Assembly (NCBI GenBank): GCA_951406725.2
Contig: OX597821.1
Coordinates: forward strand, 102,052,001 to 102,116,000
Reading direction: 5' to 3'
DNA: 64,000 bases
Source of the DNA: Octopus vulgaris
Taxonomy: Eukaryota
The notes under the pieces were generated by a model that was not told where the DNA came from, did no database searches, and was given only the letters and a program-made list of their open reading frames with translations. This document shows, piece after piece, positions 42,622 through 55,500 of the stretch. The first letter of the stretch is position 1; each line of letters begins with the position of its first letter. The translations under genes and the position numbers were made by a program.

Positions 42622-44565
42622 CAGGTTTAAGATCATGGAGAGGGTCATAGCCCAACTAATTAGGGAGAGAGTCAGTTTGGATGAGATGCAGTTTGGTTTT
42701 GTGCAAGGGAAAAGCACCACTGATGCTATATTTCTGGTTAGACAGCTGCAGGAGAAATACCTAGCCAAAGATAAGCCCCTATACCTGGCTTCTGTTGACA
42801 TGGAGAAAGCCTTTGACAGGGTCCTCCGATCCCTTATCTGGTGGTCAATGAGGAAACTAGGGATAGATGAATGGTTAGTGAGAGCCATGCAAGCTATGTA
42901 CAGGGATGCTGTCAGGAAGGTGAGGGTTGGCAACGAGTACAGTGAAGAATTTCGGGTAGAGGTAGGGGTCCACCAAGGTTCAGTCCTCATCCCCCTTCTA
43001 TTTATCATAGTCCTCCAGGCAATAATGGAGGAATTCAAGACAGGATGCCCCTGGGAGCTCCTTTATGCTGATGACCTTGCTCTAATTGTTGAATTACTAA
43101 CAGAACTAGAGATGTTTCAAGTGTGGAAACAAGGATTAGAATCGAAGGGCCTTAGAATGAACTAGCTAAAACCAAAGTCCTAACGAGTAGGAAGGCAGGC
43201 AAACCACAAATCTCTTCAGGTAGATGGCCCTGCTCGATCTGTAGAAAAGGCGTAGGTAGAAACTCTATAAGATGTACCCAGTGTAATCTATGGACACATA
43301 AAGTGCAGCAATATCAAAGGAAAGCTAACTGGGAGGATAGTTTTCGTATGTGGTAGATGCTCGGGAGCTATAAATAACACTGAAAATGTGCAGAGAACAA
43401 CTTCCGCCACATTCCAGGGAGAAAAAGTAGTAATAGCTGATAGCTTCCATTACCTAGGTGACCAAGTCAGTAGCGGGGGAGGGTGCGCTGAAAGTGTAGC
43501 TGCTAGAATAAGAATAGCCTAGGCTAAGTTCAGAGAGCTCTTACCTCTGCTGGTGACAAAGGACCTCTCGCTCAGAGTAAAAGGTAGACTGTACGATGCA
43601 TGTGTACGAACAGCCATGCTACATGGCAGTGAAACATGGGCCGTGACTGCTGAGGACATGCGTAAACTGGCAAGGAATGAAGCCAGCATGCTCTGATGGA
43701 TGTATAATGTCAGTGTGCATACTTGACAGTGTGTTAGTGCCCTGAGAGAATGGTTGGACCTAAGAAGCATCAGATGTGGTGTGCAAGAGAGACAACTGCG
43801 CTGGTATGGTCATGTGGCGAGAATAGATGTGGGTAGCTGTGTGAAAAAGTGCCACACCCTAGCAGTTGAGGGAACCTGTTGAAGAGGTAGACCCACGAGG
43901 TGGTGAAGCATGACCTTCAAACATTGGGCCTCACCGAGGCAATGACTAGTGACCGGGACCTCAGGAAATATGCTGTGCTTCAGAAGACTCGGCAAGTGCA
44001 AGTGTGACCATAACCTTGTGGCCTATGCTAGGGGTGTAACCAGTCCACTTATGCATGCCTTTTCTTCATTGGACACTAAACTCTGCTTGCAAAGACCAGT
44101 TGAGGCAAGTGAAATCGAAGTTGAAATAAAATTCGGTCGGTGCTAGTGGAGCGCTAAGAGTACCATACGAATGAGATCATTGCCAGAGCAACAAGCTGGC
44201 TTTCGTGCCGATGGTATGTTAAACACACCATTCGAGTGTGATCATTACCATGTCGCCTTAGTAGCACTTGTGCTGGTGGCATGTGAAACATTCGAGCGAG
44301 GTTGTCGCCAGTGCTGCTGGACTGGCTCCTGTGCAGGTGGCACATATAAAGCACCATTTGGGCGTGGTCGCTGCCAGTACCACCAAACTGGCCCTCGTGC
44401 CGGTGGCATGTAAAAGCACCCACTACACTCTCGGAGTGGTTGGCATTAGGAAGGGCATCGAGCTGTAGAAACTGCCACATCAGATTGGAGTCTCGTTCGC
44501 CAGACCTCAGTCAAATCGTCCAACCCATGCTAGCATGGAAAGCAGACGTTAAATGATGATGATGA
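42622..44565 (+). mobile_element. 5'-truncated RTE-clade LINE (RT domain with frameshifts/stops, long 3' region ending in (GAT)n)
   Basis: ORF 42635-43165 has RT motifs QFGF, DMEKAFDRV, GVHQGSVL.P.LF and LLYADD. Downstream come FHYLG, CVRTAMLHGSETW and QLRWYGHV, then tandem GTGCCGGTGGCAC subrepeats and a GATGATGAT tail. Confidence 0.92.
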
Positions 44566-44689
44566 TCTTCAAAAATTGCAAGTAGATGAATGAATCAGTA
44601 AGCTGTTGGACAAAACATCTTGTGGTAATTGGTTGTCTTGCCCAGGTCTGCATTGCTTTCCATCCTTCTATTGTCAATAAAATATGTAC

Positions 44690-45215
44690 ATCATTGTTTT
44701 AATGTTCACTTTTCTATGCTCGCATAGGTCAGATTGAATTTATTGAGTTAGATTTTCTTTAGCCAGATGCCCTTCTTGTCGCCAACCCTCACCTGTTTCC
44801 AAGCAAAGAATTTCCTTTCTATAGCCAGACATATTTACACAGAAGATTGGCAACAACACTGCTTATTTGATGATGGAACTTGTTTGCAACTATTGTGCTA
44901 TGTCAAGATGTAGAAGCACACAATCGCACACACATACACATATGATGGGCTTCTTTCAGTTCCCATCTGCCAAATCCACTCAAGTCTTTGTCATCTTTCG
45001 GGATTTTACGGGACGGACCGCGTCGCCGTATCGAGCGCGTGCATCTTGTGAACGCCTTCCGGCATCGCTGGCGGCTACGTCCACGCGTACGTGGGCCATG
45101 ACGCGAGGTTGGCCCAAGGTAATTATAGAAGACACTTGCCCAAGGTACCATACAGTAGGGACTGAACTTGAAACCATATGGTCTGGAAGGAAACTTCTTA
45201 GCCACACAGCCATAC
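44690..45215 (-). mobile_element. SINE interrupted by a 117-bp GC-rich insert
   Basis: Family sequence AAATCCACTC..CTTTG|GTTGGCCC..AGAAGACACTTGCCCAAGGT is split at 44990/45108. Related copies lie at 32100-32560 (-) and 33955-34370 (+). Confidence 0.75.
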
Positions 45216-48200
45216 TAGGCCAGTCCATAAAATATTTGATGGAGTCTTTAAAATTGACTATACCTTATTCCAGCATGAGCACTGTCCAGTGTCTGAAACT
45301 AGTATAGTTTTGTATTTTTCAATGTCATCATGAGTTGATAAGTGGTATATTTCTCGTGTCTAAGTTTGTGTTTAGTTGGCCTTGACAAGAAAAGCTGCCA
45401 GTTTTATTCTACATTCCCCTTAGCTGTGAATTGTTCAAATTATCTTCATTCTTGCACACAGGTTACCAAAATAATTGTCAGAATATAAGGATTTGATAAT
45501 AGGTAGTACATGTTTACAAAAAGAATTTATTGGTTATAGTTATATATTTTTTGAAGATTATAAAGTTCCTTATAAAATGTATTTTTAAAGGTGTTATTAA
45601 TAGGGTTTTCTCAGTAATTTATTAAAGCCTCATCTACCTATAATTATCTTATACCATTTACTAATTCCACTCTTAGATCAAAGCAAGAGTAGTTTATCTA
45701 AATTTCTATAAATTTCATGTACGTTATCAATGATTTTATTTTCTCCCTCTTTTTTCCTCCTTAAAGTACATTAGTCTCAGTACTTACAAGAACTATTTCA
45801 TATTTTTTAATCATTATCACAACAGCTGTTCTGAAAATTTTTCTGTTTGGCATTTGACTTGTCAGTCATACATTTCATATTTGTATCCATTTATCAGAAA
45901 AAAGAAATTTCATTAGATTAGTTTCATTTATCAGCTTCAAAATTTAAATATGTTGGTGTAGCTATATCTATTAAGATTTTAACTGTTCATTTTAACGGGT
46001 CTGATAACTAGTTCTTTTGATCTTTTAACACAAATTTAAAATGAACTATTTAACAAATACGCAAATTTGTTGGGTAACTTGTGATTGAAAGGACATATAA
46101 ATATTGGTGTTTTTAAAAACAAAACCCAGGATAATACAAATAAAGAATATGTGATTAATTTGTGAGTCACCTCATTGATGCTTCAGCAGGAATAGATTAT
46201 TTACATCATCATCCCTATACCAGTTATAGAATTTTGAGGCTAATTTAGATATTTGACCATAACATATTGTAAGTGGTCATTGTACTGTAGTTTTGGTAAA
46301 ATGTCTTATGTTAGCATGTTTCACTTAAAATACATAAACACACAAATATTGTTGATTAGGACATTAGATCTTCATAAAAATTTTCCTTTCAATTATCAGA
46401 AATTTATACCTACTAATTGAGTAAAATCTAAATGTAAAAATGTGAATAATGGAGTAATAATCTACAAAGCATTTCATAATTTAATTTGAAACGACAATTC
46501 TGATGAGTTAATTCACATTTAGATTATTATGAATGCCTTGAATAATAAAATACATAAGTATGTTATTGAAATGAAAAGAGGTTATTACTTTAGATCTGAG
46601 TACCATTCTCTGTTACGAATTTATGATTTAATATATGATCTATTAAATGAGAAAATGATATTTAATACAAGAGAATTGTTTTCTAATGCATTCCACCAAA
46701 GAAATAAATATTATATTGAATGGTAGGTAGGTTAACAAGTACTGATGAGAATGAAATGGTATGTTTAGTAAAGGTTGGCAACAATAGTAATTGTAAATTT
46801 GTGGTGTCAGCATGTCTGATGGTGATGAGTAGAAAAAAAAGTGAAGCATCAAGCTAACAGACTCTTAACTACATTCCATCAAGCAGCCTATGAAATCCGA
46901 AATATCATTTTTTTTGTTTACTTCTCATTTATTATTGTCAAATTTTTTTCTTACTCATTTGTTATTGTTAAAATATTTTTCCAACTTAATATGCATAGCA
47001 AATTATGTGGATTTACTATCAAAGACAAATTGTAAGGTTGCTTATTGTAAACATTTCTGATTTTGAAAATTATCCTTGTATCAGTATTGCTCCCTAAATA
47101 TGTTGTGTTTTATACTTAAACTATTGAAAATTGTCAGTTATGCTTGAATTTTTCATGTGTAACATTTGTTATTAACATAACAAATGGTTTTCATCATCAT
47201 TATCTTTTTCCATATGGTTGTGGGTTGGACTGGTCTTCGCTACCTTATCATTTTGCCTCTTATTGCTTTTCTTTTTCTTTGTCAGGTTCAGCATCCTGAA
47301 CTTTTTCTTCATTCACTACTTCTGCCCTTATCTTCCTTGACCCTTCTCTTCCACACCTTCCTTTCACTTGGATCACCTGGGACTCCTTTACTCAACTATG
47401 AAAAATCCATATTCATTACTAGACTGTACTAATACAATCTTCTCTTTTTTATCTTTTTATATTTTACTTGTTCATTGATTCTGGGGCACCATCTTGTTTA
47501 GTCAAACAAATGGACACCAGTATTTATTTTCAAGCTTGGTACTTATTCAATTGGTCTCTTTATGTTGCACTGCTAAGTTAAGGGGGCATAAACAAACCAA
47601 CACCAATTGTCAAGTGGTGATGGAATGCAAACATGCACGCGCATACGGCAGGTTTCCGCACAGTTTCTATCTACCATATCCACTCTCATTACATAGCCAG
47701 TAGAGCATACTTCCTTTCTTTCCAGCCTTTGCTCATCTACACTCACTACTGCTGTCACAAAATTGCAACATTGCACTTATGTTCTTTGCTTGAAGAAACA
47801 ATCCCTTTGGTAATAGATCTCTGAATTTACCTCGCACCCTCTTAGTTTGGCTACTACTGTCTGTCAGCACATTTCTCTATGGCTGGTTAGGTCACAGAAA
47901 CTATCAGTTACTTCTCTGGAGCCATTTTGAGGGCTGGAAAGTATTTATTTCATTGGTACTCTAACTGCTAGTAACTCCTATACATGTCACATGCAGAGCC
48001 TCTTTTATCTGGCAACCTGGTAGACCTGAATGTACACCCTTAGTAATATGTATGCAGTTCCTATCTGTTCTTTTTCTCCATATTTCTCAATTGGAGGTTT
48101 TGTTTCCACATCTGGGATTTCATCTAATTATTTCACAGATTCAGTTATAAGTACTGGATCATCAACTCCTCTTTTATGGCCTGGAGAACTTTAGTAAACA

Positions 48201-51200
48201 AGAGCCTACTGAAAACTAATCCTTGGTGGACACCTAACCTCCCACTAAATTCTCAACTCATTGCCAACTCTCTTGATGTTGAAAGCATTTTTGTATATGA
48301 CTTGCACTACTCTAACAAACTTTTTATATCAAGTTGTCTTAATGTCCACCAGATTATAGAGTATGGTACTATGTCAAAGGTCTTCTTGAACTCAGTACAT
48401 GCTAAGAAGAAAAGCTTATTCTTAAGAACTTCTCATCTTCATCAATAGTGCTCCAACCTGCATCTCATTAGTAGTTCTCTCCCTTATCATTTATTCTAAA
48501 ACACTTTTTACTTTCATAACTTGATCTATCAGTTTGATATTTCTACAGTTGCTTCTTTCTTGAGATTGTAGATTCTAGAGATGCTAGAAGAAGGCAAGTA
48601 GATATATGCTGTGTACAAGAAGTAAGATGGAGGAGAACCTCAGCTAAACTCCTTGAGAGCAAATAACACCATTTGACTATGCAAGTGATCAACTTGAGTC
48701 CCTCACTGGAAATTTACTGCACCTTGGTGACTGTTCTTTGATGGACTAGCAGCCTTCCTCTCCTTCATGCCCTTTATAGCCATTTTGGCCACCTAACTGT
48801 CAATTACAGGGAGTAGTCTCTCTTCCCCCCCATGCAGTCTTCACATTATGTATAGCTCTTCATAATAACAATTTCCAAGCCTCAGTGAAAGTAAGTTGGT
48901 GGTGTTATTTTGAACACACTTTTCCAATTTTGTTTTACACTGGCACATTGCTTTGCAATTTACAATACTTCATGCCTTTAACCCTCTTATTACAGAATAT
49001 TGGCTTCTTTTATGCCATGCAAATATGACTTATAGCTTATCTTCTAAATACTTAATATTGTTCTTCGCTATCCTCTTTCTTCTAGTCTTTCTATGGCTGT
49101 CTTGTAGTCTTTATAGTTCTAATAGCAGTATTATTCTAATACAATGGTACCTTTTGTCTGATTGGTACTTGCTCTAGTAACAGACCTTGTCCATAGCTGA
49201 CATCAGGTTGTTTCATAGAACTCTCAGCAGTCCTCCTCTGTTACAGATCTATATCCCATACTGTCACACACTCTCACACCCTCAATAATTTGCTCTGTTT
49301 CCTTACCTACCATATACCTACTCCACCTATCTCAGCATTGTTACTTATCCAGATGGATTTGTACTGGTATTCTTTACTCACAAGGAGTTTAGCTGAGGTT
49401 CTCCATCTTCTTGTACACAGCATACATGTATTTGCCTTGTTCTGGCATCTCTAAAATCTACAATCTCTTCAGACTTGTCTTTCATGGAACCAACATCACT
49501 AATGACAGCCATGAAATTTTATTACTTATAATAGGAGGATACACAATGGTGGTGATGGTTAGGTTGTTGTTCAAAGTCTATTTTCTGCACCTTGAAATGT
49601 GTGATTATTTAATGATGATTATCAAGGATTCTTGCACTTTTCTACTGCTATGCATGGTAGTAATGTGGAGTTAGTCCTGTCTATACAGATAAGATTTCTC
49701 ATTGTATTGGTGCCTGTCATAATTTTGGCATGGTTTTACTGGTTTGATACCCTTCCTATCACCAACAATTTTACATCAGAGACTGGCTGTATTTTATTAG
49801 GTCACAATACTAACTATAATCATTTTTATGGTTTTGTTGAAATTTTTCTTTTTGTTATGCTTTTTTTCTATGGAATTAAATTTCAAACTAATTACTGGTT
49901 TGTAAGAACAGAAACATCAAATCATTAACCTGGTCAATCATATTTCAATTAAGCTTATGCAGCTATTAGATAGCCATGAAAAAGGATATGTCAATTGTAA
50001 TTGGAACAGCTCCCTTCATTACCATTTTCAATTAACTACCACATTGAAAAATTAAATATGTTTAGAAACTGCAGTTTACTTAAATTTCAAGCTATTTCTT
50101 TTTAATGTGTAAACGTGAGCTACGAGTAAAGCTCTTGATGATTGATAGCATTGATGAGCTCAAATGAAATGAAGCAATCACATAAGCCCAATTAACTAAA
50201 TGCATGGAAGTAATTAAAAACGAATGTGTTACTGATATTTATTGATTCTGGTGTATTAAAAAGGCTAAATTAATTCTAATTAGATTAAAACCCAGAACTA
50301 ACCATGTATCAATTACACATTTCTTATTTCTTTATTGCCCACAAGGGGCTAAACATAGAGGAGACAAACAAGGACTTCTGATGCCATTGAACCACAGATT
50401 TTTCTTTTATATTTGGCAGATGTTTTGTTATCACCCTAGCTTTATGTACCATATTTTCTGGCAGTGAGGATGCTATTTTTTACCTCTGAAATAAGTCTTC
50501 AAAATATACCATGAATTTTTAGAAGATGGTTATATTTTTCATAATCTATTTTAACCATAGAGGAAGATTTGTGTCAGTATGTGACCTCTGAATGAAGTGT
50601 GTAAATTATACTAAAAAATAATCAATTTCACTTACATCTATGAACCCTGACTTTAAGTGGGGTAATATCAGGTGACAAAAAAGAATTGTACTGTGTTAAA
50701 GTTATTTAGTAAATCTTATTAAGGCCATAATAACCAAACACTCATCTTAGTATTTTATTATTCTGTAATGAAACATGTCAGCAGTGCTTAGCAGATGGTT
50801 TGAAGAAGTTTTAAATATAGAACTTTATATTAAAGAAACAGCTTAGATCATGAAACAAAAACTTGTGATTTGTATTTAAAAAAGTTTCAACTTGAAAGGA
50901 TACATGGAGTGCACATGTGGAATACTGTAAAACAGTTTTACTGTTTTTAGTTGTTTAAAAATGCTTTGCATCTTTCTGGAAAAGTTTGATTTATTTCTTG
51001 TATCTCTGTATATGTAACAATACTATTGCACTATTTCATTGTGCATGTGGTGTTGCTGACTTGTCATACCATAACAGCCAGTCTCAGGGCAGACTCACTC
51101 AAGCTATGAGAATCTTGAATTTAGCAAACAACTGCAATTGTAGATTAATGTATGTTAAAAACTACTTGAAAATATTTCTCAATCTATATATATTCAGTTG

Positions 51201-51399
51201 TTAGCTGTGCATGCTGCACTAGGATTAATATGTAGATAATTCTTTTAAAAATTTATCAATATGGGCTTTCTCTCTTGAATGTCTAAAAAGTATTGCCTTT
51301 GATTAGTTTGAATTCAAATATGTTCTGGTTAGGTTTGTTCTACAGCTTCAAAAACCTTTTGACTTGAAATTTTTAACACTTATATTATAGCATCTGGAA

Positions 51400-52560
51400 T
51401 TAAAAGGCACTCATACACCATTGGCTATAAGCTGCAAAAAGTTTAAATATGCCAAACAGCATGGCGACTGAGCTGAAAAGGTATTTTGGACCACCTCCAA
51501 CTGAGAAAATGATATGCTACTGGAGGAAGTAAAAGAATCTGTTGAAGCCAGCATGAAGAAATATACATAACTTGCATAAGCCTGTAGCTAAATTGCAAGA
51601 ATTGGAGGCAAAGATGGATTGGATAGTTTGGGAGAAAATTCAGCATCAACAAAAACTATTAATCTAAATTGAAACAGTAGCATGAGGACTGAATGATTTT
51701 CATGTCATGCCAAGTTAATGCTAGAGTTTTATGAAAAGACATGGTTAGTATTGAGAATAGTACAACAAATACCATAGTGTTATAAGAGCAAAGTAATATA
51801 ATTTCACAGCTTTATAATTAGTGCAAGAAAGAAGACTATGAACTGGGTCAGATCGAATCATGGCTGATGTGCCATTAATGTTTGATTTGATATCAAATTG
51901 GACATGGATCTTGAAGGGACCAAAACTAACTGCTAAGACATCTGGATTTGGGGGAAACCCCATTATATACTATGGTGCTGTCATGATGTGCCAATGGAAC
52001 AAAATTGCTACCACTGCTGATATTTAAGAGAATGATAACTTTACCAAAGGACAAAATTCCATGTGGAATTTGTTTACATCCAGCTAAAGGAGCGAATGGA
52101 TAAAAAGGGGATTAAGCTCTGGATAAAATCTGACCTGCGTTTTCTAGTGTCCTCCTTAAAAAGTATCCTTTTGCCTCAATTTTGTTTTTAATAAAACAAG
52201 AGTATCAAAGAAAGGGTGCACAGTTGAGATGAAAATGGCAACGGTCCATGGTACAGTAACAAGTTAATTATGACTGATGTGGCCATTTACTAACTTTTTA
52301 AGACATTTAAGAAGAGTGGAATCACTAGATGAGCACCATAAATTGTAACTGATACTGATACCAACAGATTGCCTGAAAAGGCCAACAGTTAATCACTCAA
52401 GTGTGTGAGTAGGTCCTAAAATCATGGCATGCTGTAAAAACCAAGATAGTTGCAAAATTGCTTAAAAATTGTGGCTTTGGATGGTAGGCAGCATTGATAA
52501 CCTTGATAGTATTAGTGATATAGATAACATCAGTGAATTTTTTTTTTTAAAGATATTTTT
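51400..52560 (+). mobile_element. Decayed pogo/Tigger-type (POGK-like) DDE transposase remnant
   Basis: Frame-broken fragments YAKQHG..GPPPTEKMI (Brinker-like DNA-binding domain) and MADVPLMFD..KTSG..HYTMVL.CANGTKLLPLLIFKR (DDE_1 motif). Confidence 0.75.
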
Positions 52561-55500
52561 ATTTAAGGATATTGATAACAAGAGACAATTTTCAGAATTT
52601 GAAGGTTAAAATCGTTCCTTATAATGTACAGGTAATATTTGTATTGTTTTTATTCTTTATTCTTTTGTAATTTAATTTTAATAGTTGCTTTTTATGTTCA
52701 TGTATTTTTACTAAGTGTACAGTAAAATATTCCATATTTTTTGTTTCTCAGTGTAGTGTTTTGGTTTTCTTTATGTCAGGGGTAAAAATTACTTTACAAA
52801 CCTATACTTAATCACGTGAAATTCCCAACGTACTACATTTTATTCCTGTCTGTTTTCATGCACTGATTTGTTGTTGCTCAAGTAACTTAATGCTGAATCA
52901 CAGACATTGTGTACCGTGTACATTACTTGGTGATGTGTTAGGGATTTTCTGTTCACTGACACATTGACTTCAAGAAATCTTAATAAATATTAAAATTCAG
53001 TGAACTTGAAAAGGATGAAAGTATTTTAAAGCCAGTGAATTGAAAAATAACAACAATAATCAATGTTATATCAGCAGAAATTGCATAATGTCAATGCATT
53101 GAATCAGTGAATGTATGTTAAAATAAAGCCACCAGTTCATGGAATGGTATCACAACATGAAGAATTTGTGTAAATCCTCAAACATTGATAGCCTTATTAG
53201 TCATTATGCGGAGGCTAGCACCTCCCTTGAGATACTTTTCCTTATCTCTCAGTGCAGGCAAGGCTGTATGGTTAGAAGTTTACTTTCCAACCATATGGTA
53301 AAGTCCCACTGCATGGCACCTTAGGCAAGTGCCTTTTTCTATAGCCCTAGACTGACCAATGCCTTGTGAGTGAATTTGGTAGACAGAATCTGAAAGAAGC
53401 CCATTTTATGTGTGTGGGTAGTGGGGATGATTTGTTTGACTAGTCACAGTTCAATGATTGCAACTAGAGAAACAAACAAGTAAAAAAAAAAACTCTCTCT
53501 ACTTGCTCTGAAGTCTAGCTATCTAAGAATTTTTGTTGAGGTCTAATATGACTGAAGCATTTCTATTGCTTTCACTATTTGGTTTTAGAGACAGGGTCCA
53601 CACTCTCTTTATTGTCTTTCATTTACAAAACTTTTGGTTGGACAGTTTTTTTTTGTTTTTTTTTTTAGTTATCTCACTATCTACACAAAATACTCAAGGT
53701 CACCTACAGGGACAATCTCAAATTCTGAAGTCTTGAGAAGAGACAGTCTGCACAGTTAGCTTGAGATTGTGGTGGAAAGGGGGTTGAGACCTGCTGGTCA
53801 TTTTTTTCTGACTGCTGGAAGAACAAATACCCAAGACACTTTTATAGTGGGTACCACCAAAGGGATGAGGGAAGAGAGAAGGACACAAGAAGACATGCCG
53901 CACCATCTTCGATTTGAAGCAACTTAGTATCAACTGGGAAAATGCAGACAACTATGCTCAAAACAGATGATTGTGGATGTCTTGCTGCTTGATATGCTGG
54001 CCAACTGTATGAGAGTAAAGACTAAGACCTAGATATTAGATTTTGACCACTCCTAGAGGAAGCTTTTTCTGTTAATTACATGGATAATCTCAACTCATAT
54101 TACATACTCAAAACTTTGCTGTTGGTATGTTTAGTATGCACCATGCTCCCCTGTGGTATTTTGCTTAGCTCTATTACTGTGTAAGTGAAAGAAACCAAAT
54201 ATAGACTATTTGATTAACAGGATCTGTTTGTCACTAAGCCATTAAAGTATGTGAAGAGGTGCTGAGACCCTCACCCCTCCACCCCCAATTAAAATTTTCA
54301 AGTCAGAATTTGGCTGCTGGGATCAGAACATCTTTTATGCTTGGAAATAGTACGTTGTTGGTAATTAGTACTTTTGACAGCAATATGACAGCAAAGATCC
54401 CCACCTCCAATATACTTGGTGGTTTCTTCATTGTTTTATGTCTGTTTTTTTCTATGCTTGCATGGACTGGACAACATGTCTCACTGCTTATTGTGATCCT
54501 TCATCTTCATCATGTGTGTTTATTATTAAGGAAGTCTAGTTTGTCTTCTACTTTTGCAGACTTATTAAGTAGCTGACTGAACATTTGAATGACCCACATA
54601 GATCAGACAGTGTTTATGCTGATTACTGCTGTGGGGCATGTTCCATCCAGTTTGGTATCCAGTACTTCAGAATGTCTGGAGGTTTCAGTGGTGGCAGATG
54701 AATTTCCTTCGTGTATAGCTGACTTTTGGTTTGTGTTTACAATAGCATACTGGAATTTTGGATGATGTTATATTGTCCCATGATCCATCTGTGACTACCT
54801 TGACCCTCACCCTCCACATCATGCATGTAGGGTCACTTTTATCTAATGTTTCCTTCCTATTTTAAGGTACTATGATGTGATCTGGGTGAGATGCTGCTGC
54901 TATTTTTATAGGTCAAGTGGTCTTGTACATGCATCTTTGTTAGCTTATGTTCTAGTATCTAGATCTTTGAAAATAGTTTAGTTCCAAGTCAGCCCTGATC
55001 AGTCAGGTCTATGGGTCAGAAGTGTTCCAGTCATTGCTATCCCACCTTATTTTTACATATTGTGTATCTCGGACTACATCATACAATATGTCTTCAATAT
55101 TTTAAGACGGTAGGGTATGATTTGAGGAACTTCTGGTCATTATTTTTAGTTGTTTGTGCTTCATATAGAGACTCTCTTCATTGATCTTGGACATATAGCT
55201 GCAAGTGTTCTTTGAGTCTGGGCAGGTTGCAAAGTTGACATGACCCTTTGTGTTTGAAGTGACCTTTTCATTTCTGGTATCCTGGCTTGTTATTACAGGA
55301 TTTTTATTATCAATTGTTTGAATACCTTATGAGTTGTTGATTAAGGATAATCTAGGCACTATCTATGAGGCTGTCTACCTTGATATGCAAATGTTAACTT
55401 TGTTATAGATGGAATCAATTTCAATAACTGACGTTCTTTGTTATTGAAAACTCTTGAAGGATAGTGTCCCAGTATGGTAGCAGTCTAATGACAAATCATG

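Noticed and set aside
44150-44430. Regularly spaced palindromic repeats as a CRISPR-like array
   Set aside because: The spacers are homologous to each other, the block is the 3' region of a multi-copy eukaryotic LINE, and there are no cas genes.
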